A stretch of 64,000 bases of DNA from Podarcis cretensis (lineage: Eukaryota). The DNA is taken from the NCBI GenBank assembly GCA_951804945.1, contig OX638161.1, positions 40,114,001-40,178,000 on the forward strand. Direction: 5' to 3'. This document shows positions 22,865 to 61,473 of the stretch, in pieces. The position numbers and the translations under genes were made by a program. Below the pieces are notes generated by a model that made no database searches, was not told where the DNA came from, and saw only the letters and a list, made by a program, of their open reading frames with translations. Positions within the stretch are counted from its first letter, which is position 1; the number at the start of each line of letters is the position of its first letter.

Positions 22865-23376
22865 AGCACCGTAATTGTTGTTCAATATCTTTATAAATAA
22901 CTTGGATGAAGGTATTGAGAGGATGCTAATCAAATCTGCTGATGATGCCAAACTGGGACAGGTAGCCATGCTGCTGAAAACAGAATCAGGAATCAGGATG
23001 ACCATAAAAAACTAACAAAATTGATTTCAATAGGGACAAATGTCAGGTTCTACACTTGGGCAAGAACAACCAGCTGCAAAAAAATATAAAATGAAGGACT
23101 TGCCAGTAGTACATGTGAAAAGTATTTAAGTGCCTTAGTAGACTGCTCAACATGTGTCAACAGCCTGATACTGCAGGAATAAAAGCTAATGTTATCCTAG
23201 GCTGCATCAACAGGAGGATACTGTTCTGACCAAGAGAAGTCGTCCCCGCGCTCTATTCTGCTTTGGTCAGACCACATCTGTGTCCAGTTCTGGGCACCAC
23301 AATTTAAGGATATTGACAAATTGGAACGTGTGCAGAGGAGGTTGACCAAGATGATAAAGGGTCTGGAAACCAAGTC
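22865..23376 (+). mobile_element. Degenerate CR1 LINE reverse-transcriptase fragment
   Basis: LFNIFINNLDEGIERMLIKSADDAKLG and downstream VQFWAP / [16 protein letters not shown] segments with frameshifts. Confidence 0.85.
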
Positions 23377-23730
23377 TTTTGAATTCCACATGGTAGGATG
23401 CATATAGACAAAAGTACCCATTATTCCAGATTAATTCAACTGAATGACCACTACACTCATGGTTGTGCATACAATAATGACGTTAATATGTTTCAGGAAC
23501 TCCATCCCACACGTAAACATGACTTGAAAGTAGTCAGAATCCTTTAACCTCCCTGTATGTGTATAAAATGGGGGCAACTGACATATTAATCAGTTATCCA
23601 GACATTAAAAAAAAACCTTTAGGATCTTGTCCCATGGGAACCTGGGTTGGATAATATCTTGATGCCTTGACCCCATTCCCTCTTAAAACCCCAAAGAGAC
23701 AGAATACTTTTTTTTTTAATAGTCAACATT

Positions 23731-23736
23731 TTTATT
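23731..23736 (-). terminator. Probable TAOK2-beta polyadenylation signal (3'UTR about 3.7 kb)
   Basis: AATAAA on the minus strand with a downstream GU-rich tract; second AATAAA at 23892-23887. Confidence 0.5.
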
Positions 23737-26700
23737 AAAAGATTTCTCACCCCACCCCAAAATCTCTCCTACTGGTAGCCCTCTAGAGAGCAACCAGTTC
23801 CATCTTTGTGTTCTCTTTCCAGTTTTTGCTCTCCCAAGTAAGATTCAAGATCACCCACCCCGTTCCTGTTTGTTTTTAAAAAGTGTTTTATTTTCTAATA
23901 CATTCCATAGGACACATATGTCTAAGTTCCCCCCCGCCAACATTTTTTCTTCATATATAAAAAAAGACATACACACATACATACACACACTCACATTAGT
24001 TTTTAATCACCCACACAGAGGGAGACAGGAAAAAAACTGGGGAGGGGGAGGGGAGGAAAAGCGCAAAAAGAGAAAAGAAAAAGACTGGAAGAGGTAAACT
24101 GTACATGGGGAGTTATGGCACCAAAAAACAGAAATATTTTTTTAAAGCAAAAGGATTAATTATTATAATACATCAAGCCCCTCCAGCCCACCCAAAACCC
24201 CATTTCCCAATCCCAGGCAGGCAGAAATCACTAACTGAACACCTTGAAGTAACAAAAGATCCCATTCAGTTCTCCCCTCCCTCCCACCCCCAACCCCTCT
24301 GGTTTAAAACAGTGGCCTTGTTCAATCACAAAATTAGCTTGAGGAACTTGAAGAGGGTTCTGGGAGAAGTCTGAGAAGTTTAGATAGGATAATTTTATGG
24401 TTGTAGCCAAACCAGTGCCCTTGGGGTTGGGTGGGTGGGAGACAGGTGTGGGCAGCAGCGTTTGGTGAGGAAGGAGGGGGATTTTAATAGGGTTGTGTGT
24501 TGTAAAGGACAAGTCTTACTTCAGCTGCTTACAATAGAAAAAAAAATGATTCAGTTCCTGGCCCAAATATGAGGGCGGGAGGCGGGAATCTAAGAAACTA
24601 CAATGTCTTCCACAGATAAAGAAGTACTACACCACATTTCCCGCCAACAGATGGAAAATTTCTACTTCCAGATCTTCCCTGGCTCGTTTTACTACTTGTG
24701 ATAATTCTGTAACCCATTTCTGCTTTCCTGGAACATGCGGCTCTCCTTCGCTTCCACACCCCCCCCCCCTTCGGACTTTTCTTCCATCACTAGTGAGAAA
24801 TGGTTTCCAGAGCTGCGTGCTCTACCTATGAGATTAAAAAAAAAATTCCCCTGGTCTCTAGGAGGAATTTGTGAGATGTGGAAGTTTTGTTTCACATTTC
24901 AAAAGAAGAAAGCTTGGATTTCCCCAATCTTCCTGAAAAAAGGGGTTTATGTGGTTCCTTTTGGACAGTCAATGTACCATAATACCAACACTGCTGGCTG
25001 ATCCTTGGGCTTAATTCACACAAACAGCTGGTAGAACTTCCTACAGTGTCCCACTTCAGAGAGCCAACATGGCCAAATGCTCCCAAATGGGAAACAAGAA
25101 ACAGCTATGCATTTAACAAAGCCAGTGTGCCAGGAGGAGGCTACCCTCGAGATCATCTTCCCAGCTTCCAATTCTCACGTAAGCAGCAGGGGTATTTTTT
25201 AAAATATGGGTTCAAATGGTACAGTTTGATCACAGCTCTTCACCTGCTGTGGCCAAGAATCTAGCATTCCTCCCTACATGGTGAAAACTTTGAGCGATGG
25301 TTCAGAACAAAACGAAAAGGGGAAGACCAACCTCTGAAAGCTGACTTTGCACAAGAGTGATCATACAGGATTTCAACATGATGCCGCCACTCCCAATTGG
25401 GCTCCCAACTCAGAAGAGCTTTGAACATGCAAAATGTCGTCCCCCCCCCCCAGGTTCTCCTTTAGCTGGCCAGAGTTGAAACACCCACTTGCAAAACTCC
25501 CCTCCCTCTTAGCTGGGCAAACCACCCCGGCGGCTTCAGGAAGTCTTCTCTATTTACTGGTGGGATATGTGGGTCTGACTCAGATAAATTATAGCTCTAG
25601 AGGAACTAGGGGCCCATTTTCCACCAGAGGTTTGGTTCTTAAGTACAGGAGGAGGAGAGGAGGGCAACTGGCCACAGATATATAGTTTGCCGATTCTGAC
25701 AGGCTGACCCTGATCCCAAACCCTGGGTAGCCAGCCTTGGGGTTTGTTCATACTGGGTATTATGTAACCAAATAAGTTTTTCCAGGGGGTAGGAACGGTT
25801 CTGGGGGTGGGGAGAATGTATAGGAAGGAGATGGGTTGAAGGTGGCTTCTGAACCGAAAGGTGTCCTTCATTCTGCTGGGCGCTCAGATTCTGCAGCCGA
25901 TCTCCTGCATGCAAATACGAACTCAGGGCTGCAGATCTGGCGAGTCTAAACTGGGCAGGTGGGGTGCATGGGAGCGATGCTGAGAAGTGGCTGGAGGACA
26001 ACGGGAATGACAGGAGGCAAATTTGTAGGGTGGCACGGTGGTTTCTGGGAGGAGGTGGCGGCTTAAGGGAGCAACCGGGTGCAACGGAAGCAGGTGACCC
26101 TCCGATGCCCTCGGCCAGGGAGGGAGCCTGACCTTCCAGAGGTTTTGGCTGGGCCAGGAAACTAAAGTTAATGCTCAGGACCGGGTGGCAGAGGGAGGCC
26201 TGCCATTCAGAGTCCCTCTGGGTGGCAAGAGTGGTGGGGCAGTCTTTCCTTCAGAGGGGGGAAAGAGACGTAATCCATGTGGGTAAGGTGGTGAGTATTA
26301 ACACAAAAACACATCCCTGGGCTGGCATGGGCTAAAATCCGTGTCTCAAAACAGACATATGGGGCGGGTATGTAGAGGGCACCGTTTAAAATCTACATTC
26401 TGTTTCATGACAGGAACGCGAGGCCTGGTTCCGGAACCTCAATCCCCGCTCCATCCCGTGGGACCAGCCTGGCGCCGTGACAGGAGGAGCTGGAGGAGGC
26501 CGCCTCTGTGAGAAATGGGGCGATGCAGATAAAGAGCCCAGAGCTGCTTGCAATTTACAATTCCTTCTCCAGCCATAGACTGTGGTGAGGTAAGGAAGGT
26601 TCCGGGAGCTGAGAACGGTCCAGAAACAACGGATTTCGGTAATGGTCGCCTGTGAATTCGGGCAGGATCAGAAGCCACTGTCCAGGCCTCAGGAAGGAGG

Positions 26701-27465
26701 CAAAGTTCTTTAACTGTCAATCTGGAAATTCTATGCATGCACCGATCAGCCGCCACCAATGGCAATCCAGGGTTCTCCCAAAATCCACGCCCGTTAATTT
26801 ACTTTCTCTCTCTCTCTCACTGCCTGAACTGATTGAAAGGAACCATGACGCAGGAGACACAGAACAGGCTCTCCCGAGCGCATCAGCTCTGATTGTAGCG
26901 CATGGGGCAAGCTATGGATGCACAATCAAGAATTCTGGATTTGCTGCGATGTGGGGGGCCTTTCTCCCCACCCGCCCCTCATCCTGGGAATATTCAGCCA
27001 CATCTTGAAGACACAATTTAGCCTCCGCTGCCGGGGCACCGCTCTCTGCCTCTCTCCATCTACAGATTGTGGCAACGCTGGGGGAAGCGGCTGACAACCA
27101 CCAGGGACGCAAAAAACCGATTGCCAACGTCACGTTCACAAGCTTCGGTGTCTCCATCCATTTGGCGGGGGATAGGAAACCACAATCTGAGGAGGAGGCC
27201 CCAGCCATGCTCCAGAGGGCATGAGTGCAACCTTCCGCCGCACAGTCCAATCTTCTGTGTCTCTGCGCTTGCAAGGTGGGTGGCAAGTCAAAGGCCACAG
27301 ATGACGACTGAGGAGCCTTCACACTGCGGTTCGGTTTCTCCCAGTTCTAGCTTGCTGAGCCCCGGCAAACGTGCCGCCCCCCTGCCTGCTCCTCCCCTCC
27401 CCCTTTCCACCAGCCAATTCCCCCGTCTCCCTCCAGCAAAGTTTCCCTGTTCTCTCCCCATCGCC

Positions 27466-51552
<24,087 letters not shown>

Positions 51553-53278
51553 GGCGGCCGTGGAGGAGGCTGGGCTTCACCTTTGCCCTTCTCCTAAGGT
51601 GGGGAAACAGAGGTTAGCAAGCGCTCACCAAGGGTAAGACATGGTCTGATAGGACACACAATGAGGCTACTTTCCTGAAGCTAAACATATCTAGGCCTGA
51701 TCAGTGAGGGGACTGGACCGGGGGAGGGGCATTTAAGGACCTCATGTAGGTTGCCTTGAGTTCCTTAGTGGAAGAAAGGCAGGTTATAAAAATATATCAG
51801 ACTCCCTACAAAAGGCCCATTCTTTTGCTAAATCAGCCAGGATGGGGAATCTTCCACAGCTGCATCCAATCTAGTCACTGCTCATACAGGACATCCTTCA
51901 AAAGAGAATCCAGGAGTCGCAAGTTCCCACCCACAAAAATAAGAGAAGTGGTGTAGAATGGTAATCAAGGAGAAGAATTTGGAAGGGGGGGAACCAATGC
52001 CAGCAATTGGGGTAAGACTCCATAGAGATCAGAGAAGATATAACTGTTTCTCTTCTTCATGTTGTGCTCCTGCTGCACTAGCAGCAGCATTCAATTGGGA
52101 ACTGAAAATGTACTGAATTGGGGAACTGCATGCACCCGAAACTTTGCTTATCACTAAGTTTTCCAACTTTTCTGCTCTAACCACAACAATATACCCTGGC
52201 AAGCAAATTTCTTTCATAAAATAAATTACAGGCTCCAATTCTTTCTAAGAAAACTCAGGAGTATCTCCCTGAGATACAATACACTCTGACTCAGAGCACA
52301 CTTGTCCCTGCTGCTTTCCCAACTAAAATAACCTCCATGACTTGCTCCTTCTATGACAGGATGAAGGTTCTTGCTGGGTTTTCCCTCTTCAGTGTGGAAG
52401 GACTGAACATGCTCCAGCTCCACGGACTTGCATGCGCAGTGCCACCTCCCCCCTGCAGTGGGCAAAGACCTGGATGTACAGCAGCCACATTCTCACAAAG
52501 AATTGCCTCAGCTTAATAAACTTCTTTCTTGCTTTAGTTTCCCTTCTGCTCTTGATGACAGTCAAGTTAGGGAGGAGGAAGAAATTAATAAGATCTTCTT
52601 TAAAAACTACTTCTTCGGTGGCAAGTACTCCCAAGGATGTATAAACAAAACCAAAAAGAAATAATCAAGTCCAACCCTTCCAAGGTTGCTTTTGTGATTT
52701 GGCTATATTGTGCTGCTTTCCTTAACAAGTTTTTCTAGAGCAGGGATGGATGGAGAACACATGGACCTCCAGAGGTTGTTGGCATTCAAACCCCTATCAG
52801 AATAAGCCAATGGTTAGAAATAATGCAAGTTAAATAGTCCACCACCATCTTGAAGGCCACAGGTTCCCCACTTGGGTAAACTGAGGTCAGTCAGTTGTGA
52901 GGGGCTGAAGGGAATTATGGGAAATGTAGCAAATGAGACTTTTGAGAGGCTTGCCTGAGATTTTACTGGGCTTGGTACAGGAGAAGTGGACTAGGTAATT
53001 TCTTTCTTTCTAAGATTTTATACCTGCCCTTCTCCAACAGGTTCCAGGGTGGGTTACAATATTATAATATACGGTTATAAGTTAAGACCATTGCAATGAT
53101 AATAATGTAGTAAATCCTCTCTGAATGGAACAAAACAGTATAAATCCAACAAAAGTTCAGTCCCCAAAAAACAAAGGCCAGGGCAAAGAGGTGTGTCTTT
53201 TACATACAGTGAAAGCTGTCCAATGAAGATGTTGCACACTACTCTGTGGGGAGGGTGTCCCACAATTTAGAGGCTGCC

Positions 53279-53496
53279 GCTTGGTCAGACTCATGCTGGT
53301 AACCTCGAAAACACTGTCCAACCATCTCGTCGGGGGCGACAGAGGACGAGATGGTTGGACAGTGTTTTCGAGGTTACCAGCATGAGTCTGACCAAGCTGC
53401 GGGGGGCAGTGGAGGACAGGAGTGCCTGGCGTTCTCTGGTCCATGGGGTCACGAAGAGTCGGACACGACTAAACGACTAAACAACAACAACAACAA
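53279..53496 (+). mobile_element. 5'-truncated RTE/BovB LINE 3' end with inverted duplication
   Basis: gtccatggggtcacgaagagtcggacacgactaaacgactaa(aca)n terminus; 53279-53331 is the exact reverse complement of 53345-53397. Confidence 0.88.
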
Positions 53497-55631
53497 AGAA
53501 AGGCCTCTCCTGGGCCACTCTTCCCCACACTTCTGAGGATGAGGATACCAAGGGAGCCCCCTCAGTCGATCTTAACACCCAACAACTTTGGAAGGGGTGG
53601 AGGCAGTCTTTCAGATATTTGGGGCCTGAGCTTTTTAGGGCTCACTAATGTGATCATCCTGAACTGGGCCCAGAGACCAATAACCCTGTACACAGGAAGC
53701 ATGGACAGTACAGAAGTTGCTTACTCCTTATTAGTCCTCAAAGAGGTGCTCAGAGCTGTTCACCACTGGGAAAATGTCACCTCCATCATACAATTTTATG
53801 TTAAAAGCTAACCATCCACATATGAAACAGTTGCATGTCACTACGTTGAAATGTTTTACCTGCAACACACTGCCCCAATTGGTACATCTATGGAGTTTAT
53901 TTTAATCAAGGTATTTAAGACTAAAAGATGCAGGTGGCATAGAAGTAAAAAAAAGGGGAGGAAAGAGCAGAAATACATTTCAGATTGTAAGCCTGCAGGC
54001 AGGGGCTGTCTTGCAAGCTATTGTATGCAAGCCACTCCAGGTAACTTTTAGGTTGAAGAGTGGGGTACAAGTGCTCTAAATCAATCAATCAATTCTATGG
54101 CAAGATGACCCATACTTCTTTGATGTGGCATTATATAGCGTACAAGAGGCTGAAGCTTCTATAAGAGATCAGAGACAAATCCAGGCAGCCTAGACTTTAG
54201 CTCTGAACCCTACATCAAACAACTCAAATTTCCAGACATACCAACCTAAATTCCCCGGAAGAGATCCTTCAGCAGGAGAATGTGTTTGCCGCTTGCAGTG
54301 GACTGCCATGCTGCTTCCCACCCTGGCCCAAGAAAGACACTCCCAACATGGTTACCCTGCTTTCCAGAGGGGGAACCTCACTATTTTGGAGTCTATGCTT
54401 AATGCAGGTATAAGCCACTATTCTGACCTTATTGCTAATCACACCCTGGCAGGCTGGGCACTCTTCATCTTTGCTCAACACAAAAGGCAAGAAAGAGGTC
54501 TGTAAAAGTTGGCACCAGCTACTCCCCCCCCCCCATAGCACCTCTGAAGGCTGCAAAACTCCACAGTGATCCTTTGCAGGCCTCCATCAGCTGAATGAAC
54601 CAGCAGGGTATTCATATAGGCTAAAACATCTTGTATGTCTGGACTGTGGATCCATTCCTTGCCCTTGACATTAGTCAGCTGGATGTAACCCCCTGGAGTC
54701 TTTGCCTATGGGAATGGGTCAGGCCAGGCTGGCTAGATGAACATTAGAAAAACAAGGCCCATGGCCTTTGCCTTTTGAGGGGCGCCAACCTGCATCTAAA
54801 CTCCGTTTGCCAAAACAAGTTTCTTGGGGTACCTCTTCACCTTCTGGGATGGGCAGAGCTCATTGAACCAATTCCCTCCTCCACCCAATGAACAGAAAAA
54901 CAAGGAAATCAAGAGCCTGCAGGCAGGCCATGTCAGCGAGAGGAAATCCTTGCATTGTTCAGTTGCTTCCCAGGGAACAATCCAAAGCAAAAAGGCAAAT
55001 CACAAGGCCAGCCTGGCAGCAGTAATGCGGGTGGGAAGGCATCCTTCTGCTGTACCTCACTTCACTAAGCAGTGCACAGAATTTAACCTCTCAAGTTTGG
55101 TTTTCAGTTCCAGGCTAAAGTCAACGGAACAGGGTTATACAAGGAATTCAGAGAAGTCATCTACGGCTACTCCTTACACAGAAAGAAATGCCCCCTGCAG
55201 CATAAGCTGTATCGTCTGCAAAAAGGATCTGCAAAAGTAGATCAGGCTCTCACCCAACATGGAACAGTAGACCTGCTTTCAGGTCATCATCAGCAGGTCT
55301 GGATGTCACACTTGACCCAAGATGTGCAGACTAAAAGTGGAACCAGTTTATAGGCCTGTGACTCTTAAAGAGTCGTGCAAGATCTTGCTGCTTCCGCTGA
55401 AGCTTTGGGAGGCTGCAATTAGACACAGAAAGCAGCAGTTACCATTTGCCAGCATACTTCTATGCCACTTTTCCAGTAGTTCTCATGGCACAAGACACTT
55501 CCAATAAACACAAAAAGAATATATAATCTTTAATTATTGTAATATAACTATTAAAAAGGACCTGTGCTAGAGGGTTAAGAGCACTCCTGAAGGCAGGCTT
55601 AAGGATTTCTTCTCAACTGCAGAGTGTAACA

Positions 55632-55974
55632 CAGGGGTGGGGAACCTCAGGCCCCTCAGGCCTCTCTATCTGGCCCTCAGAACTTTCCCCAGGCATTCCC
55701 CTCTCCCCAGGCAACAGCTCTCACTGGCCCTGCTTGACTGCCTGTGTGTTTCTGCCCGGCTAGAAGGTGTCTTTGAATTCTGATAATGCCTCTTGCTTGC
55801 CTGGATGGCAGAAAGAGAAAGGGGAGTGTGAGTTTTTCGTAGAAACTAACCTACTGTTCAAAGGTTGTTCTGCCCGCTTTTGCCTCCGTCCCTGTGCACC
55901 ACCAGCATGTGACCCTCAGAAGGCTGCCTAGAAGGGAAAGCAGCCATTGGGCTAAAAAAGGTTCCTCATCCCTG
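55632..55974. mobile_element. hAT-type non-autonomous element
   Basis: CAGGGGTGGGGAACCT ... AGGTTCCTCATCCCTG termini. Confidence 0.65.
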
Positions 55975-58900
55975 CTGTACCGGATAAGCACATTTGGAAA
56001 GGAGTTAACCACCCAGGACAAACAATACACCTTGCTTTTTCTATAGCATGTGCTTTGGCTCACTTGCTCAATCCAGCTACAGTGAGTTATGAAAATTAGT
56101 CAGGAAGCTCTGACACAGGACCTGCTGCCAGTTTCAACAATCTGCTTGCAGAACACGCTACCCAGAATGACATTTGCCAAGGGTGGGTGGACGGACATGT
56201 TGGAAAAAGTTAAGTGTCTATCCAAAGGCTGGGAGATGGACCCTTGACCTTAATGGCTTTCCAGCTACTACAATTTAGAGAACTGCAGATAGTGATCCTG
56301 AATTCTTCTGTTTGTTTTCACAAACTGAGGATGTAACTTGAGGATCTCCTGAAGAAAATGCACCTCATAGGCCTGGATGGCAAAGAGGGGTACCAGATTT
56401 CTGACAGGGAGTAGCAACAAGCTTATTTATTTAGCTGGGGATGCCAACATGCTAAGTAGGTTGACAATGATGGGCTCAACTATGCAGGAAAAAGGAACAA
56501 AAATGCATTACCTAGTATACCAATGTCCACCCCAAGTGATTGCCACTGTACCCCATCTACTAATAAGGGTTTTTCCTCAAAAGCTGCTGGGATTGTTATG
56601 TGTGCTTGGAAAGCCAAAATTGGTGAGGTTGCTTCTACTCTATTTTACCACCTGAAATATATCAAGCATTGAGCTGTTTACACTGCATTCTTTAAGATAC
56701 AGAGATTAAAGTAAACAGAAGAACTAAAAGAACAGCCTGATTATTCTGGGTTTAATCAGTGAAACAATATACAGTGAAAGCTGGTTAGGGGAAAGTCTTA
56801 AGAGAAGTGGTCAGGAGGCCTCAGGCCTAACTTGGCAATTAAAGCTAGGTAACTTATGACAGCAGACACTTGGCAACAGTGAAATGTAAAATCCTAAGGC
56901 AGACTTTCCACAAACATAAAGTCATTAAATTGCAGGTGAAAACAGATACACTAGGAGACGGTAGCATTAGGCTGCTGAAGTCCCATTAAAAAGTGAAGAA
57001 GATATAAACTCCATCAGGTTCTCCCTATTGCAAAACATCATCAGCGGTGGGGATATGGTTGCAAGGAAGAGCCATCTGAACCTAGAGAGGAAGGGGGCAG
57101 AATTATCCAGTACCACAGGTGGGCTTTAAGTATTTGAAAGCGGGATAGTGCCACAGTTGTGGCACATGTGGATCTTTCCACACACCCAAAATCAAGAGGC
57201 CTAAAGATCACCTGCCTGCAACACTGGAAGCCACAACGTCTGGACTGCTCCCAATCTCCAAATGTTAGCCACTGTCCTTTGTGGTAGTGGCAGAGAAGCA
57301 AGTTGTGGGTTTTCTTTCTTTCTTCACTGGCCCAGTAAATGCTTTTAGACAGCACCTTGTGCCAAATACCACCAATGAGCAATGAAATACTATCACAGAA
57401 TGAAAGAAAGGACAAACTCTGGTCCAGTTTGTTGAACTTACTCAAGGGAGGCCGCTGCACCTCCACAAAGGGCTTCTGATCCCTTCTCCTTACTTAAGCC
57501 TCCAAAATATTCACACGTGGCCCATTTGGATACCCTCTTGATAGAAACCTAGGAAACGCTTTAAAGCTCCAGCCACAAAACAGCAGAAGAGCTGCCCTTC
57601 ACCTGTTGCTGCCCTCTTCATATTTGCTGGCTTTGCACTGCAACTACAAGGATTATAAAGTGCTTATTAAAAATTATGGCAGCAATTTCTATATTTAATA
57701 GATGTATATCCTGTCTTTTTTCCATCATGGAACTCAAGTCCCCAGGCACTCTTGCCATCCAGGAACTAACCAGGCCCAGACCTGCTTAGCTTCAGCAAAG
57801 CTACAGCATCCTGGGTCCACAGAAGCACATCTCTGTTCTGTTACTGCTTCCTAGTCCTTGCTTCCCAGGCAGCACAATCCTTTGAATGTTTACACAGAAG
57901 CAACTCCTACAGTGCTCAATGGGGTTCATCTCAATTAAGTATACAGGGTTACAAATCATACAGTGCCATCCTACACGCCTACTTAGACCTAAGCCCTTCT
58001 GAATTCAATGGGGCTTACTCCAGGTAAATGGACTCCAGCCTTAAAGTCTCTTTCCTAAATATTATGAAATACCCTGTCCTGGCCTCTTTCCTTTCAGAGG
58101 TTCTAGAATGCTTTCATTCCAGGGGGTCTTCTCCTCCGCACTACCAATTCCTTCTGTGCTGGAAGAATACAGAGCTTACTGAGTAACCTGTGGGTAACTC
58201 AGAAGCAAGCCCTAGGGGTTGTATTCTACCACAACAGCATGACAGAAAATAATGCTTTGAGAACACAATGCAGCCATTTCCAGAGATTTTGCTGCAACCA
58301 TTAGAAAACTATTTTAAGAAAGAATTGGAAGGAGTTCAGTTACCTTAACAAATGCCCTTCGCCGGCCGGAAGAAAATATTGCATTTGTCCAGACTACTGA
58401 GGTGATTTAGTTTTGCATACCCTGTCACATATGTTAAGCCCATGGAAAGGCCTGTAGTCATGAGACGTACATAAGACAGACTCTCACCAAACCAGATTCA
58501 ACTGAAAACTAAAGGCAGAAAACAAGACTGGTGTTGGATGTTATAGAAAGCACTTCCACTTTTCGCAAGTCCTCCATAGTGTCTAAAGGGGAACTTTTGT
58601 ATGTGTCGAGGGGGTGGGGTGTGCGTGTGTGAAAGAGAGAAGTTCTAATCGTATCTCAAGCTTCTACATGTGTCCTTTCAGACATTATACTGGAACTCTC
58701 ATTCATTCCTCTGCTTGCCAGCTCTTCTTAACAACATATTCTCTGACAAAGGACAAGATAAAAGTTAGAAACTTTGGGCTGTTAAATTTATCTGACCAAA
58801 GAGGGTTGCCAATTATTATTTTATGTCACATCGTGGTGAGATGTGCAAAAAGAGGCAGCCTCTTAACACAGAATCAGCAGCCACAAATATAGAAACAATT

Positions 58901-61473
58901 TCACCTCCCCTAAGTAGTGCCTGGGCAAGAGGGGTAGGATGCTTTTATTCTTAGTCTGGGTTGGCTTGTTTGCAGTCCTTTGGCTCAAAGCAACACTTTT
59001 GTTACACCATCATAATCATCTTTTTTAAAAAAAATCTGAATATTCCAGGATAAAACTTCTCTCATGATGACATGTCCAGCTGAAAGGAGGCTCATGATTC
59101 TGTTTTAGATTACTGGAAGTAAGTGTATTATAATCAAGAACATAGGTGGGGGGAATCCAGCAAAGGAAAAATCCTAAATGCTCATTGAGAAGTCATGCTC
59201 TTTCTAGCAACAGGGGCAGAAACAGGGTTTTAAATGGACATGTGTATTAGAGGAATGGGGCTGCAATTCTAACCTCACTTACATGGGAATAAGCCCCACT
59301 GAACTCAACAGGACATGTTTCCAACTTGTCACAGAAGTGTGCTGTAAGTCAGAGAAACTGGAAAAAGTGTTGGTTCTTTTCCTTTCTTTTGAGCTCTTGA
59401 TATAATTGAAATGACCGAATAAACATATGTGGACAGATTAGTAACTTTGGGGCATTCATTTGCAAGGCTGTCCCCAACTAAACAGACTAAAATAAGAGTG
59501 TTACTGGTCACAAGAGAGAATCAGCTGGGTTAAAAGTCTGAGGAGCTCCTGTCAACAAAAGAAAAGCAATTTATCCCATTATCTCGGTGGCCAAGCACTT
59601 CAGAAAGAGCCTTCAAAAAAATATCACAGGAAAAGCTTTGTCAAAAAGCAACCAAGTAGATACTGGGCCCCATCTTGCATGATAAAACTACTGCCTATTA
59701 GGACAGTGGATGGAGGAGCCCCAAAAGCAACATAGATTTCAAGGACTCTTACTCATCCTTGATAGAAGCATGCCACACAAAACCTTTCCTGAAACCTTCT
59801 GGAATGATGTTCAAGCTACAATGAAAATTGTTGGATGCACACCACAAGAAACACCCCTTATTCTCAGACTCATTTTAAATTCCTACCTTAAATTGGTACG
59901 TCCCAGAGAAATGTGCAATCCCTTGAGGTGGTAATATTCCCAACTCCCATTTTTTGACCCAGGTCAAGCAGCAATACAATCCATGAAAGTGGAGGTCTTG
60001 AAACTTGTGTGCTTTGTGTTAATGGGCTTGATAAACATGCCATCATTCATTAATTGATCTTCTGAGACAAGACATGTACAGAAATCTAGACTGCTGAAGA
60101 CCTCTTCTTTAAAGGTACTAGCCCCCATGTTTCTAGAGAGATATCTGAAAACAATCCTGGTCCACAGGTGGGCGGGGGTGCGGGGAGTAAAACAGACAAC
60201 TGCCATTGCTCAAGGAACACACTCCTGGTTTTCTTATACCCCACTGTTTATAGATACTGCCTCCTAACAGCACCTTCACACCACCAAGTACTAAATAATG
60301 CTCAATTTACCTAAAACTCTGAATTAAATGTGAAACTCCTGCATACTAACAGAATTGATATTTTTTGTACAATGTTATATTGAATGCTGATTTTTATTTT
60401 CCTCTCTGTGGAATATGGGTTTCTTTGACATTAAATCTTTTTCTGGTTGCCCCTCAGAATACAAAAAGAGCAGGCCCAGTGTGAAGTGGTCCCTGTAGCT
60501 TAAAAGGATGTCAAACTGAACACTATCCACCATTTAGGACAAGCCATTCATCCTCCTTCCTTCCAAGTGGTCACGTTAAACCTTATTACTCTGCAGTATC
60601 TGTGTGAAGCACCCCTGCAACCAAATACAGTTTCACCATGTCTTCCTCCTAACCCATTATAAACACACATACAAAACTTTTGGTAGCGTGCTACGTTAAA
60701 ATCCAACCCCAGACCACAAGCCAAGGGCAATCATCCCATTTCCCCAAAATTCACTCCTGGTTGCATGCTCAAGATTTACAACAAAGTTTCAGCCTGAATG
60801 ATGATTCCTAGGGAAGCCAACAGTAGTCCATCATGTTAACCTACCTTGATAACACCTACACCCCCAACCTTGTCATCAAATATTTAAGGGCATAACAACA
60901 GGCCTCTAGGTTTCCTTAAAAGCTGAACAAGACCTAATGGAGAGGAACAGGACTAGGAGCCAGGGGCTTTTAGTTGCATAGTCAAGAAATGAGTCTAGCA
61001 GTCATAGTGAGATGCAATTGCTAGGTTGCAAAGGAGGTTTTTGGGAGGGATCGGGGTGGTGGTGTCAGCTTTTATTCTCAATAAAAAGAAGACAAGGATT
61101 TGAGGTGGCAGAATGGAAACCCAGGATCCATGTTCTGGTGAACAGAACTCCTGGCTTCTTCAGAAGAGAGAAGTGGGGCCCAGATGTGGCAGGGGAAAGC
61201 TGCAAGTTGCTACTCCTTCATTAAGCCTTTAGAAGAAGAAAATGAGTTCAGGGTGGGGTGGGAGGGCGTGTGCTTCTCAACATAGGAGGGATGATTGTTG
61301 GGGGAAGGCGGGGGAAGCAGACAGAAAGAAAATCGGATTTCCACAAAATTGGTGCATACAACCTCTTTGTTCTGCAAACGTTCACCTTCTGTTATCTTCC
61401 CAGCCTCCCCATCACCACCACCAAAACACACATCCCTTCACCTCTCCCCTGTATCAGTACGTTCAGGTCTCAC

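Noticed and set aside
51900-52650. Minus-strand ORF fragments in TAOK2 intron 1
   Set aside because: Broken frames, possibly an old L1 ORF1 relic; no supportable call
57738-57800. 5S rRNA-like segment on the minus strand
   Set aside because: Short and diverged; consistent with a 5S-derived SINE remnant, not an rRNA gene
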